From a virus: a DNA stretch of 64,000 bases. Every line of letters starts with the position of its first letter. Position 1 is the stretch's first letter. The notes under the pieces were generated by a model. The model was not told the origin of the DNA. It saw only the letters and a list, made by a program, of their open reading frames with translations, and made no database searches. The stretch is taken from positions 37,885 to 101,884 of the IMG/VR virus record IMGVR_UViG_3300040801_005040, one strand, 5' to 3'. A program made the position numbers and the translations under genes. Positions 1 through 10,553 of this stretch are shown here, one piece after another.

Positions 1-473
1 ACATCACCTGTTACCGAAGTATTAAAATTTTCATCTTTTGCATGACTTAAAGAACAATGGTCTATTATAAAATTATTAACTGAAAAACTAGTTCTAATTT
101 TTAAACCATCAGTTCCTGCAGGTGAATTAGGACCAGGTCTAAATTTTATATATCTTACAATAACGTTACTTTCTCTAATCCAAACATCACTTAATCTAAT
201 ACATATGCCCCCGGGAGAGGTTTCGCCTGCAATAGTAGTGTTACCATATACATTAAGTGGAGTTTGAAGATTAATGTATCCAGATGTAGCAAAAACAATT
301 ATTCCACCACCTGAAAGCTGTGAACTTTCTAACTTTTCTCTTAAACTACCAGGACCTGAATCATTAGTATTGGTAACTACATAAATATTTTTCCCTCTAC
401 CTCCTGATGTAGATTTTCCAAAACCTTTAGCAGAAGGAAAAGCTAATTTTATGTCTAAGTTATATACTGCCAT
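1..473 (-). CDS. Pectate-lyase (PL1-like) beta-helix protein, probable tail depolymerase; runs off the window edge
   Basis: Not in the ORF track; translated by hand from ATG at 473: MAVYNLDIKLAFPSAKGFGKSTSGGRGKNIYVVTNTNDSGPGSLRE...IVFATSGYINL...TIAGETSPGGI...NVIVRYIKFRPG...IIDHCSLSHAKDE. This matches the AFPxAxGFG..GGRG..VTNxNDSGPGSLR..IIDH..DE lyase signature. Confidence 0.85.
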   Translation of the reverse strand, partial: MAVYNLDIKLAFPSAKGFGKSTSGGRGKNIYVVTNTNDSGPGSLREKLESSQLSGGGIIVFATSGYINLQTPLNVYGNTTIAGETSPGGICIRLSDVWIRESNVIVRYIKFRPGPNSPAGTDGLKIRTSFSVNNFIIDHCSLSHAKDENFNTSVTGD

Positions 474-1438
474 TAGTTAGTTTTTATTATAGAAAGTTTA
501 CCTATAACTATTTGATCTCCTACAGCAGGCGTTGATCCAGCATAAAATCTAAGTATTGCTGTTCCAGTAAGATTAGCAGTTACATTATATTCAAGATAAG
601 TATAAGAAGAAGAAGATAAAAATGGAGCTGCACCAGGACTGCCTGTTAATCCAGTCCAAGATCCTGTATAAGGACCACTACCTGTAGAAACATCCCCCTT
701 TCTTCCCCATATTCTAATATTAAAAGTATCTCCTGTTGTTACTGAAAAAGAATATTCTGCTCTTTCAGCATTAGTATCTCCTGCAGTCATAACAAGGGCA
801 AAACTACCAGAATATGTATTGTTTGTAGTAGTGCTTAATGACCCTGCTGATCCACCTACTCCCCATCCTGTTGTACTATCTGTACTATTATTTATTGCTG
901 CAGCTGCTGCATTTAATTGAGTATGTATTTCATTAGGATCTACATAACTGGGATCAATAGCAGTAATTATTATATTATCTATTGTTGTTGTATTTCCAGT
1001 ATCAGCATTATTTGATCCTCCAACCCTAATATAATTGACATTGCTATTAGTTTTATTGTATGTAATGAATTCTGTAAAAGATGATGTTGCTAAAAAATAT
1101 GATAGTGTTGCTAAAAAGCCTTCTCCTTCAAATATTATTATATCCCCATTAGTACCAATAGTTTCAGCAACATGAAATTTTATTTCTACTTCAGTATTTG
1201 TTGGCAACCCCAATTCTATTCTACCATAAAAAGGAGTATTTGTACCAGCAGAACTTGTGATTGATAAAGCATATAAACCATCTATAGGTGTAGGAGAAGA
1301 AGTTATTGATGCCCACGTACCACTATTTACAATTATATCTGTTCCTGTAACACTATTAGTTTCTTTATATGGAGAAGCTGCGTTAGAGGTATTATATAAG
1401 TTATTTGTTTTTAATACTGAACTACTAACTAGAAACAT
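473..1438 (-). CDS. Tail/receptor-binding protein with two carbohydrate-binding-like (jelly-roll) domains
   Basis: Ser/Thr/Gly-rich beta protein; C-terminal half is paralogous to 1440..1943 (NEIHT..NA..ST.GWG.GGS.G.L..ER.EYS..GDT..I.IW). Confidence 0.6.
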   Translation of the reverse strand: MFLVSSSVLKTNNLYNTSNAASPYKETNSVTGTDIIVNSGTWASITSSPTPIDGLYALSITSSAGTNTPFYGRIELGLPTNTEVEIKFHVAETIGTNGDIIIFEGEGFLATLSYFLATSSFTEFITYNKTNSNVNYIRVGGSNNADTGNTTTIDNIIITAIDPSYVDPNEIHTQLNAAAAAINNSTDSTTGWGVGGSAGSLSTTTNNTYSGSFALVMTAGDTNAERAEYSFSVTTGDTFNIRIWGRKGDVSTGSGPYTGSWTGLTGSPGAAPFLSSSSYTYLEYNVTANLTGTAILRFYAGSTPAVGDQIVIGKLSIIKTN

Positions 1439-1439
1439 T

Positions 1440-1943
1440 TTAATTTATTTTTATGATTGATACAGAATCAACATGAACTTCATCAGCAACACCTCCAGCA
1501 AGGGAGGGATGAGCATATATTCTAATTACACATATTCCAGTACTTGTTGCTATTATATTAGAAAAAGTATACTCTTGCCAATTATTGTTAGTTATTGGTA
1601 TGCTTGCAGGAGAATTTGTTAAATTAGACCAATTGCCAAAATATTGTGCTGTATAAACAGGAACTTTTGCCCAAATACTTATCTCGTATGTATCTCCTAC
1701 ATTTGCTGTCCAAGAATATTCCATTCTTTCAGATGTATTGGGCGCACCTATCATAGCAAAGTAAAAATCTCCATTTTGAGCTCCTCCTGTTATAACATTT
1801 AAAGTTCCAGAAGAACCGCCTATCCCCCATCCATCAGTTGAATTAATTTCATTACAATATAAAGAAACAGCATTAGCATTTGTATGAATTTCATTAGCTG
1901 CTGGAATACATGCTGGTTTTGTATATTGATTTATAATAAGCAT
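1440..1943 (-). CDS. Carbohydrate-binding-module-like tail protein
   Basis: GDTYEISIWAK...TNNNWQEYTF...VHVDSVSI pattern typical of CBM4/9-like jelly rolls. Confidence 0.6.
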   Translation of the reverse strand: MLIINQYTKPACIPAANEIHTNANAVSLYCNEINSTDGWGIGGSSGTLNVITGGAQNGDFYFAMIGAPNTSERMEYSWTANVGDTYEISIWAKVPVYTAQYFGNWSNLTNSPASIPITNNNWQEYTFSNIIATSTGICVIRIYAHPSLAGGVADEVHVDSVSIIKIN

Positions 1944-1945
1944 AA

Positions 1946-2839
1946 TTAGTTCTTTATAAATTCAAGATATACAATCAAACCTTTTCCTGGTTCAGTAGAA
2001 CCTACTTGATCTATATCAATATTTACTTTATCATCAAAAATAAAATTAGCATCAGATATAACAGGAGTTGTATTTGAGCCTACAGATGTTTCAGAGCCTG
2101 CATCTATTACTAATTTAGTAGATAAAACATCCCCTGTATTTTTTCTTATTTGTATATCTATATTAGACCCTGTAGGTGCTTGCCATACAGAAGCTCTTAC
2201 AGAATTTAAAGTAGCAGAATAAGGCATCCTAAAATAACCAGCACTATTTCCTACAATAATATTATCCTGTACTCCAGAACAAGCTACTCCAATATAATCA
2301 AAGTTTGTAGCAGAATCTGTAATAAGATAATAGGTGCTAGGATCTTTTACAGCTATAGCATCATAATCTGATTGATTGAGAGCTACTATATTATTAATTT
2401 GTACTGCACTAGCTCCAAGTCCTGTAATATCAGACTCAATCATATTACCTATACGTCCATCAAGATATCCTTTATTAATTATATCATCGTCAGTAACTGT
2501 ACCTCCTTTACGGATTACATATTCAATAGCTCCACCATCAAAAGAAAAAGAAATAGTATTTGAACCAAAAACTACACTTGACTTTGCTATAGGGGATGTT
2601 CCTGCCTCAATAGTAATGTTTGCAGTACCAGTAGGAATAAGTATTTTATTTTCATTAGCTGTAAGCCCTATATTAAAACTAGCTGGAAGTGTAAGACTAC
2701 CAGTAGATTGAAGATAGTTAGCTAAAAGAGCTACTATTTCATCTATTGCTGCTTGCCCATCAGTTGCTGAGAGTCCTGACGTAGTGTTGTCATACTCAAA
2801 GTTCTCTACCTGATTAGCATCAAATTTTGGTTTTGCCAT
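1946..2839 (-). CDS. Tail fibre-associated protein (mosaic)
   Basis: Shares FRMPY..TL..VRASV..APTGS..LSTKL.IDA..IDID.VGST..G.GL domain with 7440..9896 and ESD.TG..Q..NI..L.Q..YDAI..D..T.Y.ITD module with 5420..7429. Confidence 0.7.
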   Translation of the reverse strand: MAKPKFDANQVENFEYDNTTSGLSATDGQAAIDEIVALLANYLQSTGSLTLPASFNIGLTANENKILIPTGTANITIEAGTSPIAKSSVVFGSNTISFSFDGGAIEYVIRKGGTVTDDDIINKGYLDGRIGNMIESDITGLGASAVQINNIVALNQSDYDAIAVKDPSTYYLITDSATNFDYIGVACSGVQDNIIVGNSAGYFRMPYSATLNSVRASVWQAPTGSNIDIQIRKNTGDVLSTKLVIDAGSETSVGSNTTPVISDANFIFDDKVNIDIDQVGSTEPGKGLIVYLEFIKN

Positions 2840-2840
2840 T

Positions 2841-4490
2841 TTATTTTATTGCTTTAATTGGTCCTATATACCCTCTGTTAAGTTTATTAGCTCCAAAACT
2901 TAAAGGTTTTTGTGTGTTTAATGAAGGAGGTATTATTACAGTTATTTCTTCACTGTATGATATTTTATTATCTACAGTATTTGCCCAAATTCTAAAATAA
3001 TATGTTGTTCCTGATCTAAGAGAACTAGGATTACTATTTCCCACTACTTGGGAATGAAATGTAAGATAGTTAAACTCTGTTGCAGATTGTTCTGTATAAA
3101 CTCCCGTATTTCTGGAAAACTCTACTCTACCTTGAGCAGGTATATCAAGATTCCAAGAAACTCTAAAAGAGTTGACATCAATTTCATTTACCATTATATT
3201 ACTTATAACTGCAGAAGGTCCTTCTACTATAGTATTACAAGTTAAATTTGGGTCAATAACTATATTTGCACTCTCAAGGGCCCCCCATACTGAAGCAAAT
3301 CCACTTTGATATATATTATTTTCAGATAGTAAAACATTTCCCGTGTATATACCTCCATAGTCATAAACAGTACTTCCACTATTAAAAGTAGTACCACATA
3401 CTGTTACATCAGGCATATATGCACCCCCTGAAAAAAAGGCCATGTCACTACTATCTTTGAAAAGACAATTATTAAATGTTATATGTCCACCCCCAATACT
3501 TGTAGAACCTATAACTCTTCCGTCGTAAGTTCCATCTTTAGCAAAAGTGCAATTATTGTAAGTAACAATTCCTTGATGTGTTACTGTTCCTGAATCGCAA
3601 AATTCTCCTTCTCCATAACATTGACCCGTACCCGTATAGTATTTTACAAAATCCAAATTAGAATTATTTCCATCGGGAGAAGTGAATATAGAATTATTAA
3701 AAGTAACTACTCCACTTGCTCCTTTTATTATTCTTCTTTCAGAGTTATAGAAATTACCATTGTTTATTGTAACCATAGATCCTGAATCAAATAATTGTAT
3801 AGCTTTAGTAGCATCTGTTCCAAAATTTATTTGATAGTAATAATCTGAAGAATCACATCCCCATATATCATGTATTTCAATTCCATCTATATTAACCCTT
3901 AAAGGCTGACTTGGTAGCTCGTACCAATATGTAATTAGTCCTGTAGCAGAACCTGTACCAGAAGTTAAGCTACAAGCGTTTAAAGCTCTTACATCGTGTA
4001 TGTAGATATTTTTTAATTCCCATTCTTCTGTATAAACATTAGGATCATCATAGAGATTTATTCTTAAAGCTATTACTCCTAAAGATACAGTTGGAAACAT
4101 ATCTTTAATTTCCAGACCGTCTATGTTTACATGGGAATTAACTGTAAAAGCTTTTCTTATTGAAAGATTCTGAGAAACATCTACAATTAAATTTTTTATA
4201 TATGTTTTACTTGGACCTGGTGTTGGGCTAGTACTTGCATCAGTTGTTCTTTTTGATACTATAATTCCTTCAGAATCACCCCAGCTTCCTGATGAAGCAA
4301 ATTGAATTGTTGAATTATTAAAGTCAGCATTAGTATTTATATTCCCTCTAAAAAACAATGTTGACGATATTTTATAAGTTAGATTAGGCCCAGAAGTAAG
4401 AACCTCTTCGTTATCTAAAGCATTTTGTAATGCTATAGTATCGTCAGTTATACCATTTCCTACTGCACCATAATCTTGAAAACTTGCCAT
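2841..4490 (-). CDS. Tailspike-like right-handed beta-helix protein with C-terminal FN3-like domain
   Basis: N-terminal DYGAVGNGITDDTIALQNALD (pectate_lyase_3-type); repeated TFNNC/TYNNC coils; C-terminal FRVSWN...LRSGTTYYFRIWA. Confidence 0.75.
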   Translation of the reverse strand: MASFQDYGAVGNGITDDTIALQNALDNEEVLTSGPNLTYKISSTLFFRGNINTNADFNNSTIQFASSGSWGDSEGIIVSKRTTDASTSPTPGPSKTYIKNLIVDVSQNLSIRKAFTVNSHVNIDGLEIKDMFPTVSLGVIALRINLYDDPNVYTEEWELKNIYIHDVRALNACSLTSGTGSATGLITYWYELPSQPLRVNIDGIEIHDIWGCDSSDYYYQINFGTDATKAIQLFDSGSMVTINNGNFYNSERRIIKGASGVVTFNNSIFTSPDGNNSNLDFVKYYTGTGQCYGEGEFCDSGTVTHQGIVTYNNCTFAKDGTYDGRVIGSTSIGGGHITFNNCLFKDSSDMAFFSGGAYMPDVTVCGTTFNSGSTVYDYGGIYTGNVLLSENNIYQSGFASVWGALESANIVIDPNLTCNTIVEGPSAVISNIMVNEIDVNSFRVSWNLDIPAQGRVEFSRNTGVYTEQSATEFNYLTFHSQVVGNSNPSSLRSGTTYYFRIWANTVDNKISYSEEITVIIPPSLNTQKPLSFGANKLNRGYIGPIKAIK

Positions 4491-4948
4491 TATAATCTAA
4501 TTATATATTTTATACTTACATTATCTACTTCAAATTGATCACCTGAAGTAACTCCTCCAAAAACATATCTCCAGAGTGTACTTGATTCGGTTCCATGAGG
4601 AATATCAAATTGATATTTCTTAAAAGTAGAACTTATAACTTCTTGATGTACTATATTAAAGGACATTCCAGATTGAAAAGTGTTTGTACCTACAGTTTGT
4701 CTTGCTTCATAGACTATTCTTAAATAATATCGCTGCCCATCAAGAGGTACTATAGCATTTTGATACAATACATGATTATTTCCTGTATTTTGTAATGGAC
4801 CTAAAGCTATTACATTACCAACCCCTCCCGCAATAGTAGATCCATTATTTTTTACCCAAGAAGCATCAACATCAAATGTTCCATTTTCTACTTGCTCTTC
4901 TCCTAAAACAGGAGTTCTTATTCCTTTTCTATGTGTTTGCAATCTCAT
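4490..4948 (-). CDS. Small CBM-like tail protein
   Basis: LGEEQVENGTFD..W...FEVDNVSIK; paralog of 4945..5418. Confidence 0.6.
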   Translation of the reverse strand: MRLQTHRKGIRTPVLGEEQVENGTFDVDASWVKNNGSTIAGGVGNVIALGPLQNTGNNHVLYQNAIVPLDGQRYYLRIVYEARQTVGTNTFQSGMSFNIVHQEVISSTFKKYQFDIPHGTESSTLWRYVFGGVTSGDQFEVDNVSIKYIIRL

Positions 4949-5418
4949 AATATTAGTCTTATGCTTACATTATCTACTTCAAAAATTGAGGAGCTAATTG
5001 GACCACCAAAAGCTAACCTTGTAAAATTACTAGATGTTCCAGGTACAGTTAAAGTTTTGTTATAAGTATATGTTGTGAATGAATTTGTCAATGGAATATT
5101 AAAATCTATTGAATAATTTGTAAGACCTACTTGAAAAGCTCCACCTCCAAGTACAGTATCTCTGGCATCAAATTGAACTTTTATAGTTATTGTTTGTCCT
5201 AAATAAGAACTTAAAAAATCCCCATATACTGCCCAATTATTTGCTGTAACATTTAATGCTCCCATAGGATATACAGTAGCTATTCCTTCAGATATAAAAC
5301 TTGATCCTTGAGTAGTCCAAATACCAGCAGGATTATTAAACCCAGGATCACTAACTAGTTCTGGTCCAAGACCTGATCCAGCTGCATTTAAAGCATGTAA
5401 GTTTTTTAATAAACTCAT
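4945..5418 (-). CDS. Small CBM-like tail protein
   Basis: LGPELVSDPGFN..W...FEVDNVSIR; paralog of 4490..4948. Confidence 0.6.
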   Translation of the reverse strand: MSLLKNLHALNAAGSGLGPELVSDPGFNNPAGIWTTQGSSFISEGIATVYPMGALNVTANNWAVYGDFLSSYLGQTITIKVQFDARDTVLGGGAFQVGLTNYSIDFNIPLTNSFTTYTYNKTLTVPGTSSNFTRLAFGGPISSSIFEVDNVSIRLIL

Positions 5419-5419
5419 A

Positions 5420-7429
5420 TTATATATCTAAGAAATAATATTGTACTGCATTTCCATTATAGAACACTATCATATATTGATCAGTAGAAGGTTGAAAAGA
5501 AGCTCCTGCTATTTTTGTAGCTGATACTATTGAAGGTTCTGTAGCAGCATTTATAAGTACTTGAGCCCATCCCCCTAAAGTTTCATTAGCGTAAGTATAA
5601 GCACCGGGTCCTGCAAGACCAGAAGCAGCATTCATATACATATAATTACCTCCCGTTCTCGATAAGTCAATTATTGACCCTGAATTAGTAGCTATAGGTT
5701 CAGATGGGTCTATTGCATCTGTTATAATATAAAAGGTATTTACATCTGGAGTCCCTATTGCATCATATTCGGCTTGAGTAAGAGACATTATATTAGTTAC
5801 TTGATCTGCTCCTGTAACCCCTGTAACATCTGATTCTACTACAATACCTGGCAAAGGAGTACCTATAAAATAAGTACAATATACTGCTTGACCTACATTA
5901 GGTGCTTCAGAAAAATCAAATATTCCTGATCCAGGAGTAGTTTCTGTTATACCTTGAGTAGCCACCATTGCCTGTCCATCAAGGAATGCTATAAGACTAC
6001 CTCCTGCATATTCTCCTTGTGATACTGTAAATGTAGTATTTACACCATCTATTGTTCCTGAAGGTATTTCTGTAAATATATTATTATAAGCAGTTCCTCC
6101 ACCACCTCCTCCAGAGGGAATAGCCCATGTACCATCTCCTCTCCAGAAAGTTGAAGCTGTAGCACCTGTACCACTATTTAAATTAGATACTGGTATATTT
6201 CCAGTGATATCATTGGCAGGTACATTAGTTGCATTAGTGAGGTCTATTGCTGAAGGTGTTCCAAGATTTGGAGTTACAAGTTCTGGAGAATTAGAAAAAA
6301 CTACATTGCCAGAACCTGTTTTATCAGGTATGAGAACAGCTAATTCAGCTGAAGTAGTAGTGGCAAACTGTGCCAGGGAATTAGATGTAAAAGCATCTCC
6401 TCCTGAGCTAATTGCTATGTTAGCTTGTCCTCCAGTTCCATTTGTAACAACTACTCCAGAACCAGTAAAATTGAGTATGGAAGCAGAAGAAACTATTGAA
6501 ACATCGTCATCTTCTATTGCAAGAGAACTATAATTTGCATCAGCATATTCTTTTGTAATAAGAGCTTGATTTCCTTTTGAATCAATATCTGCAATACTTA
6601 CGTTTGTAACATAAGGTGCAATATTATCTATAGTAAATTGTACAGTCCCACCAGTAAGAGATGTTGTATTATTAATGGGATCAATAATAAGTCCATCTCC
6701 AGATAAAGATGCAAGAGTTGTCACGAGAGCAACAGTATTAGATGTATCTAATTCTACTACAGATGGAAAATCTGATATATCTGCTGTTGTTAAAGGTCTG
6801 CCAGCATACCCTGTAGTACCATTTGCCACAAGCACATTGCCTGCAGTAACTCCGGCAGAAATTACATCTGTAAGACCTATAAGAGAAGTAGCTGCTGTAT
6901 CTGCAGTAGGTTCTAGTCTACCAACAGAAGCATTCCATTTAAGTACATTTCCATCTGATATTCCTGTAAGGTCTACATCTGAATGTGTTCCTATACTACC
7001 ACTTGCAGAAACTTTAGCAGTATTAATTGCAATATTTGCAGAGTTGGTAGATATATTAGATGTGTTGGTAGCTATTTGAATATCTTGAGCATTTTGAGAA
7101 GATAATGTTGCATACGTAGTAGAGATATTAGATATATCTGCTACTGTAATAGCTCTTGATTCCCAACTATTACCATCTCCAAGAAGGGCATATCTATTGG
7201 TTGGTGTACCATCTCCTACATCTGAAAGTCCACTAATAGTACCTCCTCCACCTGCTCCTGACACATAAGGAAGAGAATCCCACGCAGTAGTTCCATTACC
7301 TATTTTAAGCTTAAAAGTGTCTATTTCAAAAGCAGGTTCTCCTGCTAAAAGAATTGGATTTACAGATGTAAAATCAGCTGCTGTTGCTCTTTTAAATTGA
7401 ATAGTTTCAATTATAAAATCTACTGCCAT
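5420..7429 (-). CDS. Tail fibre protein with Mtd-N/hyaluronidase-N-like anchor
   Basis: IQFKRATAADFTSVNPILLAGEPAFEIDTFKLKIGNGTTAWDSLPY N-terminus; [10 protein letters not shown] fibre motif. Confidence 0.8.
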   Translation of the reverse strand: MAVDFIIETIQFKRATAADFTSVNPILLAGEPAFEIDTFKLKIGNGTTAWDSLPYVSGAGGGGTISGLSDVGDGTPTNRYALLGDGNSWESRAITVADISNISTTYATLSSQNAQDIQIATNTSNISTNSANIAINTAKVSASGSIGTHSDVDLTGISDGNVLKWNASVGRLEPTADTAATSLIGLTDVISAGVTAGNVLVANGTTGYAGRPLTTADISDFPSVVELDTSNTVALVTTLASLSGDGLIIDPINNTTSLTGGTVQFTIDNIAPYVTNVSIADIDSKGNQALITKEYADANYSSLAIEDDDVSIVSSASILNFTGSGVVVTNGTGGQANIAISSGGDAFTSNSLAQFATTTSAELAVLIPDKTGSGNVVFSNSPELVTPNLGTPSAIDLTNATNVPANDITGNIPVSNLNSGTGATASTFWRGDGTWAIPSGGGGGGTAYNNIFTEIPSGTIDGVNTTFTVSQGEYAGGSLIAFLDGQAMVATQGITETTPGSGIFDFSEAPNVGQAVYCTYFIGTPLPGIVVESDVTGVTGADQVTNIMSLTQAEYDAIGTPDVNTFYIITDAIDPSEPIATNSGSIIDLSRTGGNYMYMNAASGLAGPGAYTYANETLGGWAQVLINAATEPSIVSATKIAGASFQPSTDQYMIVFYNGNAVQYYFLDI

Positions 7430-7439
7430 ATTGTTTGTT

Positions 7440-9896
7440 TTATACTCTATATCCTATGAATGTTACTTTAAGTCCTCTACCTGCTATTGTTGATCCTACA
7501 GCATCTATATCAATTGTTATTTCTGCATCATCTGCGAGATCACCATCTGATATCACAGCTGCAGTTGCTGCTGTAGTAGATGTTTTTTCTGTAGCATCAA
7601 TGGTAAGTTTAGTTGAAAGAATACTAACTCCTGATTCATTTATATCTACTGTAATAGCAGATCCAGTAGGAGCTGTATTTACACTTGCTCTTACGTCTAA
7701 AAGAGTCATTGCATAAGGCATTCTGAATGTTACTTTAGCTGTACCAGTAGTAATAAGAGTAGTTTCATCAGATACAGCTACCATGAATTCTGCTGGAAGT
7801 GAACTTGTAGTTGCTAATGATACAAAGTAATATTCTGTGGCAGTACCATTATTATAAACTACCAAATACATATCTGTATTTGCTTCAAATGTAGCACCTC
7901 CTACTTTAGTTGCTGAGGTTACAGTAGGTTCAGAAGCAGCATTAACTAACCCTTGTGCCCAACCTCCTGCAACAGCTCCAGTAAAAGTATAGGTAGTAGC
8001 ACTAGAAGCAGAAGCCATATTATAATATGTTCCTGTTACTTTACTTAAATCAAAAGCTGTACCAGTAGATGTAGCAGAATCTACATAATCTCTTACTGCA
8101 GCTGAAGTTGGGATAGTTGTATCATTATCGTTTGATCCAATCCCTTCTCCTTCTGTTACTACTGCAGAAGCTGCAAAATCAGCTACTTCTATGTTAGATA
8201 AACTGTTCCCAGTTCCATTTGCATCAAATGTCTTATTTGTTAAAGTGTCTGAAGAAGAAGCTGTGATAAAATTTGTAAGAGATGATGTAAAAGCTAAAGA
8301 TTCTGATACACCGTTTGCTCTTATATAAAGATTATCTAAATCTGATCTATACCACATATCACCATCAGCTGGTACTGAAGGATCTGCTGTTACACCTGAA
8401 TGTTGAAATCCTGCAGTAGTAGCATTTGGAACAAAAATTTGTTTTGATCCTGCAGCAAAACTGTTTCCTCCTGTGATAGCCGCTACAGTATTGTCTGAAA
8501 CAGCTGCATTAAGTTCAGCAAGAGTCATTGACACTGTATTGTCAGTAAAGTCAATGGTTTTATTAGTAAGGGTTTGAGTTGCAGCTGTACCAGCTATTGT
8601 AAGATCTGTATCAGGTACTGTAAGAACTCTTGTTGTACCTGTGGTAAGACCATCTACTTCAAATCTTATTTGCTTAGTATTATCTACAGAACCTTGTACA
8701 ATACTGGTAGTATCTGCTACTGGTAAAGAAGCTCCTCCTCCTCCTACGACAGACCATCCAGCAGATGTACGTTGTTTAAGGGTATCTTCTGAGATATCAA
8801 AGTATACCATTCCAGTAGTAGTGCCTGGTTCAGTATCTGTGGGCACAAGAAGAAGATGATTTGCTTCTATTTCAGAAGATACATCTATACTTCCTGTAAT
8901 ATTGAGAAGGGTGCCAGACCAAGTAAAGTTTGCATCTCCTTCAATAGTTCCATCCCCTGTCCATACACCTACTTGATTATTTACAGGTGTTCCAACTTTA
9001 GAAACATCACCTGAGCCTGCAGGTGTTGCCCAAGTTCCATCACCACGCCAGAATGTAGCTGCAGAAGCTCCTGTTCCTGAATTAAGATTTGTAGTCGGTA
9101 AATTACCTGTTACATCAGCTGCAAGATCTACTTGATTAACTGTGATCTGTTGTCCTGTAAGAGTAATATAGTCTGGAGTTCCAGTAAATGTTACTGCAGC
9201 ATGAGAAGCCCCTTGAAGGGATACTATGTCAGAGCCTACTTCCTGGAGAGCTGCTTCTACGTCTGTACCTGTATAATAAGTTCCAATATCTGTAATTGGT
9301 ATTTCAGAAGCTGTTTGATCATCTGTATCAGATATTGCAGCTAATGCTGTACCTACTTCTTGAAGAGCTCCTTCTACCTCGCTGGATGTAAAAAATGCTC
9401 CAGTATCAGCAATAGTGATATTATCTGCTGAGGTTGTAGTAGTTTCATTAGACCATACTACATCGTAATTAGTACCCGAGTTTTTCTTTAGTACTTGTCC
9501 TGTGGTTCCTCCAGAAGGTACTTCTATTGATTGCCAGCGTGAATGCCCAATGCTTGTATTAAAAGCAGATATTACACCAGTGGTAGAATAATCTGATATG
9601 TCTGCAAGTACAATCGCACGAGAGTTGAAAACTGTACCAGTACCCATAAGGGCATGGCGATTGGCTGGAGTAGCTGTTCCTACATCTGTTAAGTCTGAAA
9701 GTTTCCCAATTGTTTCAATAGGAATTTGAATATATCCAAGACTATTCCAGGCAGTAGAGCCGTTTCCTATTTTTAACTGATTGGTATCAGTTTCAAACCC
9801 AGCTTCACCAGCCAGAAGGACTGGATTTTGAGCAGCCCATGTAGCTGCATCAGCTCTTTTGAGCTGAATGGTTTCTATAATAAAATCTACAGCCAT
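7440..9896 (-). CDS. Tail fibre protein with Mtd-N/hyaluronidase-N-like anchor
   Basis: [46 protein letters not shown]; [15 protein letters not shown]; [12 protein letters not shown]; QTLTNKT repeats. Confidence 0.85.
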   Translation of the reverse strand: MAVDFIIETIQLKRADAATWAAQNPVLLAGEAGFETDTNQLKIGNGSTAWNSLGYIQIPIETIGKLSDLTDVGTATPANRHALMGTGTVFNSRAIVLADISDYSTTGVISAFNTSIGHSRWQSIEVPSGGTTGQVLKKNSGTNYDVVWSNETTTTSADNITIADTGAFFTSSEVEGALQEVGTALAAISDTDDQTASEIPITDIGTYYTGTDVEAALQEVGSDIVSLQGASHAAVTFTGTPDYITLTGQQITVNQVDLAADVTGNLPTTNLNSGTGASAATFWRGDGTWATPAGSGDVSKVGTPVNNQVGVWTGDGTIEGDANFTWSGTLLNITGSIDVSSEIEANHLLLVPTDTEPGTTTGMVYFDISEDTLKQRTSAGWSVVGGGGASLPVADTTSIVQGSVDNTKQIRFEVDGLTTGTTRVLTVPDTDLTIAGTAATQTLTNKTIDFTDNTVSMTLAELNAAVSDNTVAAITGGNSFAAGSKQIFVPNATTAGFQHSGVTADPSVPADGDMWYRSDLDNLYIRANGVSESLAFTSSLTNFITASSSDTLTNKTFDANGTGNSLSNIEVADFAASAVVTEGEGIGSNDNDTTIPTSAAVRDYVDSATSTGTAFDLSKVTGTYYNMASASSATTYTFTGAVAGGWAQGLVNAASEPTVTSATKVGGATFEANTDMYLVVYNNGTATEYYFVSLATTSSLPAEFMVAVSDETTLITTGTAKVTFRMPYAMTLLDVRASVNTAPTGSAITVDINESGVSILSTKLTIDATEKTSTTAATAAVISDGDLADDAEITIDIDAVGSTIAGRGLKVTFIGYRV

Positions 9897-9901
9897 TTTA
9901 T

Positions 9902-10471
9902 TTAATTTGTCAGTTCTCCACCGTCAATCTTAACGGTAATTGGATCATAGTTTGCATTATCAGTAACAATGTCTTGAATATTACCGTATTGACCACAAGT
10001 TTTACAGTCATCAGAACAAAGCTTATCAAGCATTTTAGTGAAATTAAGCATTTCATCTATAAATCTTTCTTCCATTGCATGTTCCAATGCACGTAAAAGA
10101 GCATCTGTATTAATAACAGTATTTTCTATGGTATCATTACAACTATCGCAAATGTTAAGATGACTTAGTTTGTTCATCATGCATTCTCTATAGCGTCTAA
10201 ACTCTCCTACAAAACTTACTGCTGTTTCATCAGAGTCTTCTGCTTCTATAAAGTAAATGCCATCAAAATAAGGCTCTTCTATGTCTGTAAGAGTGATTTC
10301 AATATTTTGAGTTGATGCTCCAGTGAGTTTAGAAGAAAGATCAATTAGCTCTCCAAAATTTTTATAAGTGTTTTGAGTCCAAAACCTTAAAATTGAAACA
10401 TCAGTAGCGTCAAGTATCTTGAGTTCCAGCTTAGTCTTATCAGCTGAAATAGTAAAAGAGGAGATTTCCAT
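9902..10471 (-). CDS. Putative tail ring / fibre-attachment protein (Cys-rich C-terminus)
   Basis: Lies between capsid-associated genes and fibres; [12 protein letters not shown]. Start moved to MEISSF because the longer ORF begins inside the terminator hairpin. Confidence 0.5.
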   Translation of the reverse strand: MEISSFTISADKTKLELKILDATDVSILRFWTQNTYKNFGELIDLSSKLTGASTQNIEITLTDIEEPYFDGIYFIEAEDSDETAVSFVGEFRRYRECMMNKLSHLNICDSCNDTIENTVINTDALLRALEHAMEERFIDEMLNFTKMLDKLCSDDCKTCGQYGNIQDIVTDNANYDPITVKIDGGELTN

Positions 10472-10487
10472 AGAATCAAATTTAATT

Positions 10488-10527
10488 AAAAAAGGGAGTA
10501 GAGCCAAGCATGACCCAACTCCCTTTT
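10488..10527 (-). terminator. Rho-independent terminator (possibly bidirectional)
   Basis: AAAAGGGAGT...ACTCCCTTTT inverted repeat flanked by A/T tracts. Confidence 0.7.
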
Positions 10528-10553
10528 GTATTAATTAGCTAACTCTAAATCAA

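Noticed and set aside
5420-9896. Diversity-generating retroelement suggested by Mtd-N-like domains
   Set aside because: No reverse transcriptase and no adenine-specific TR/VR pair in the window; the paralogous segments look like ordinary divergent duplicates
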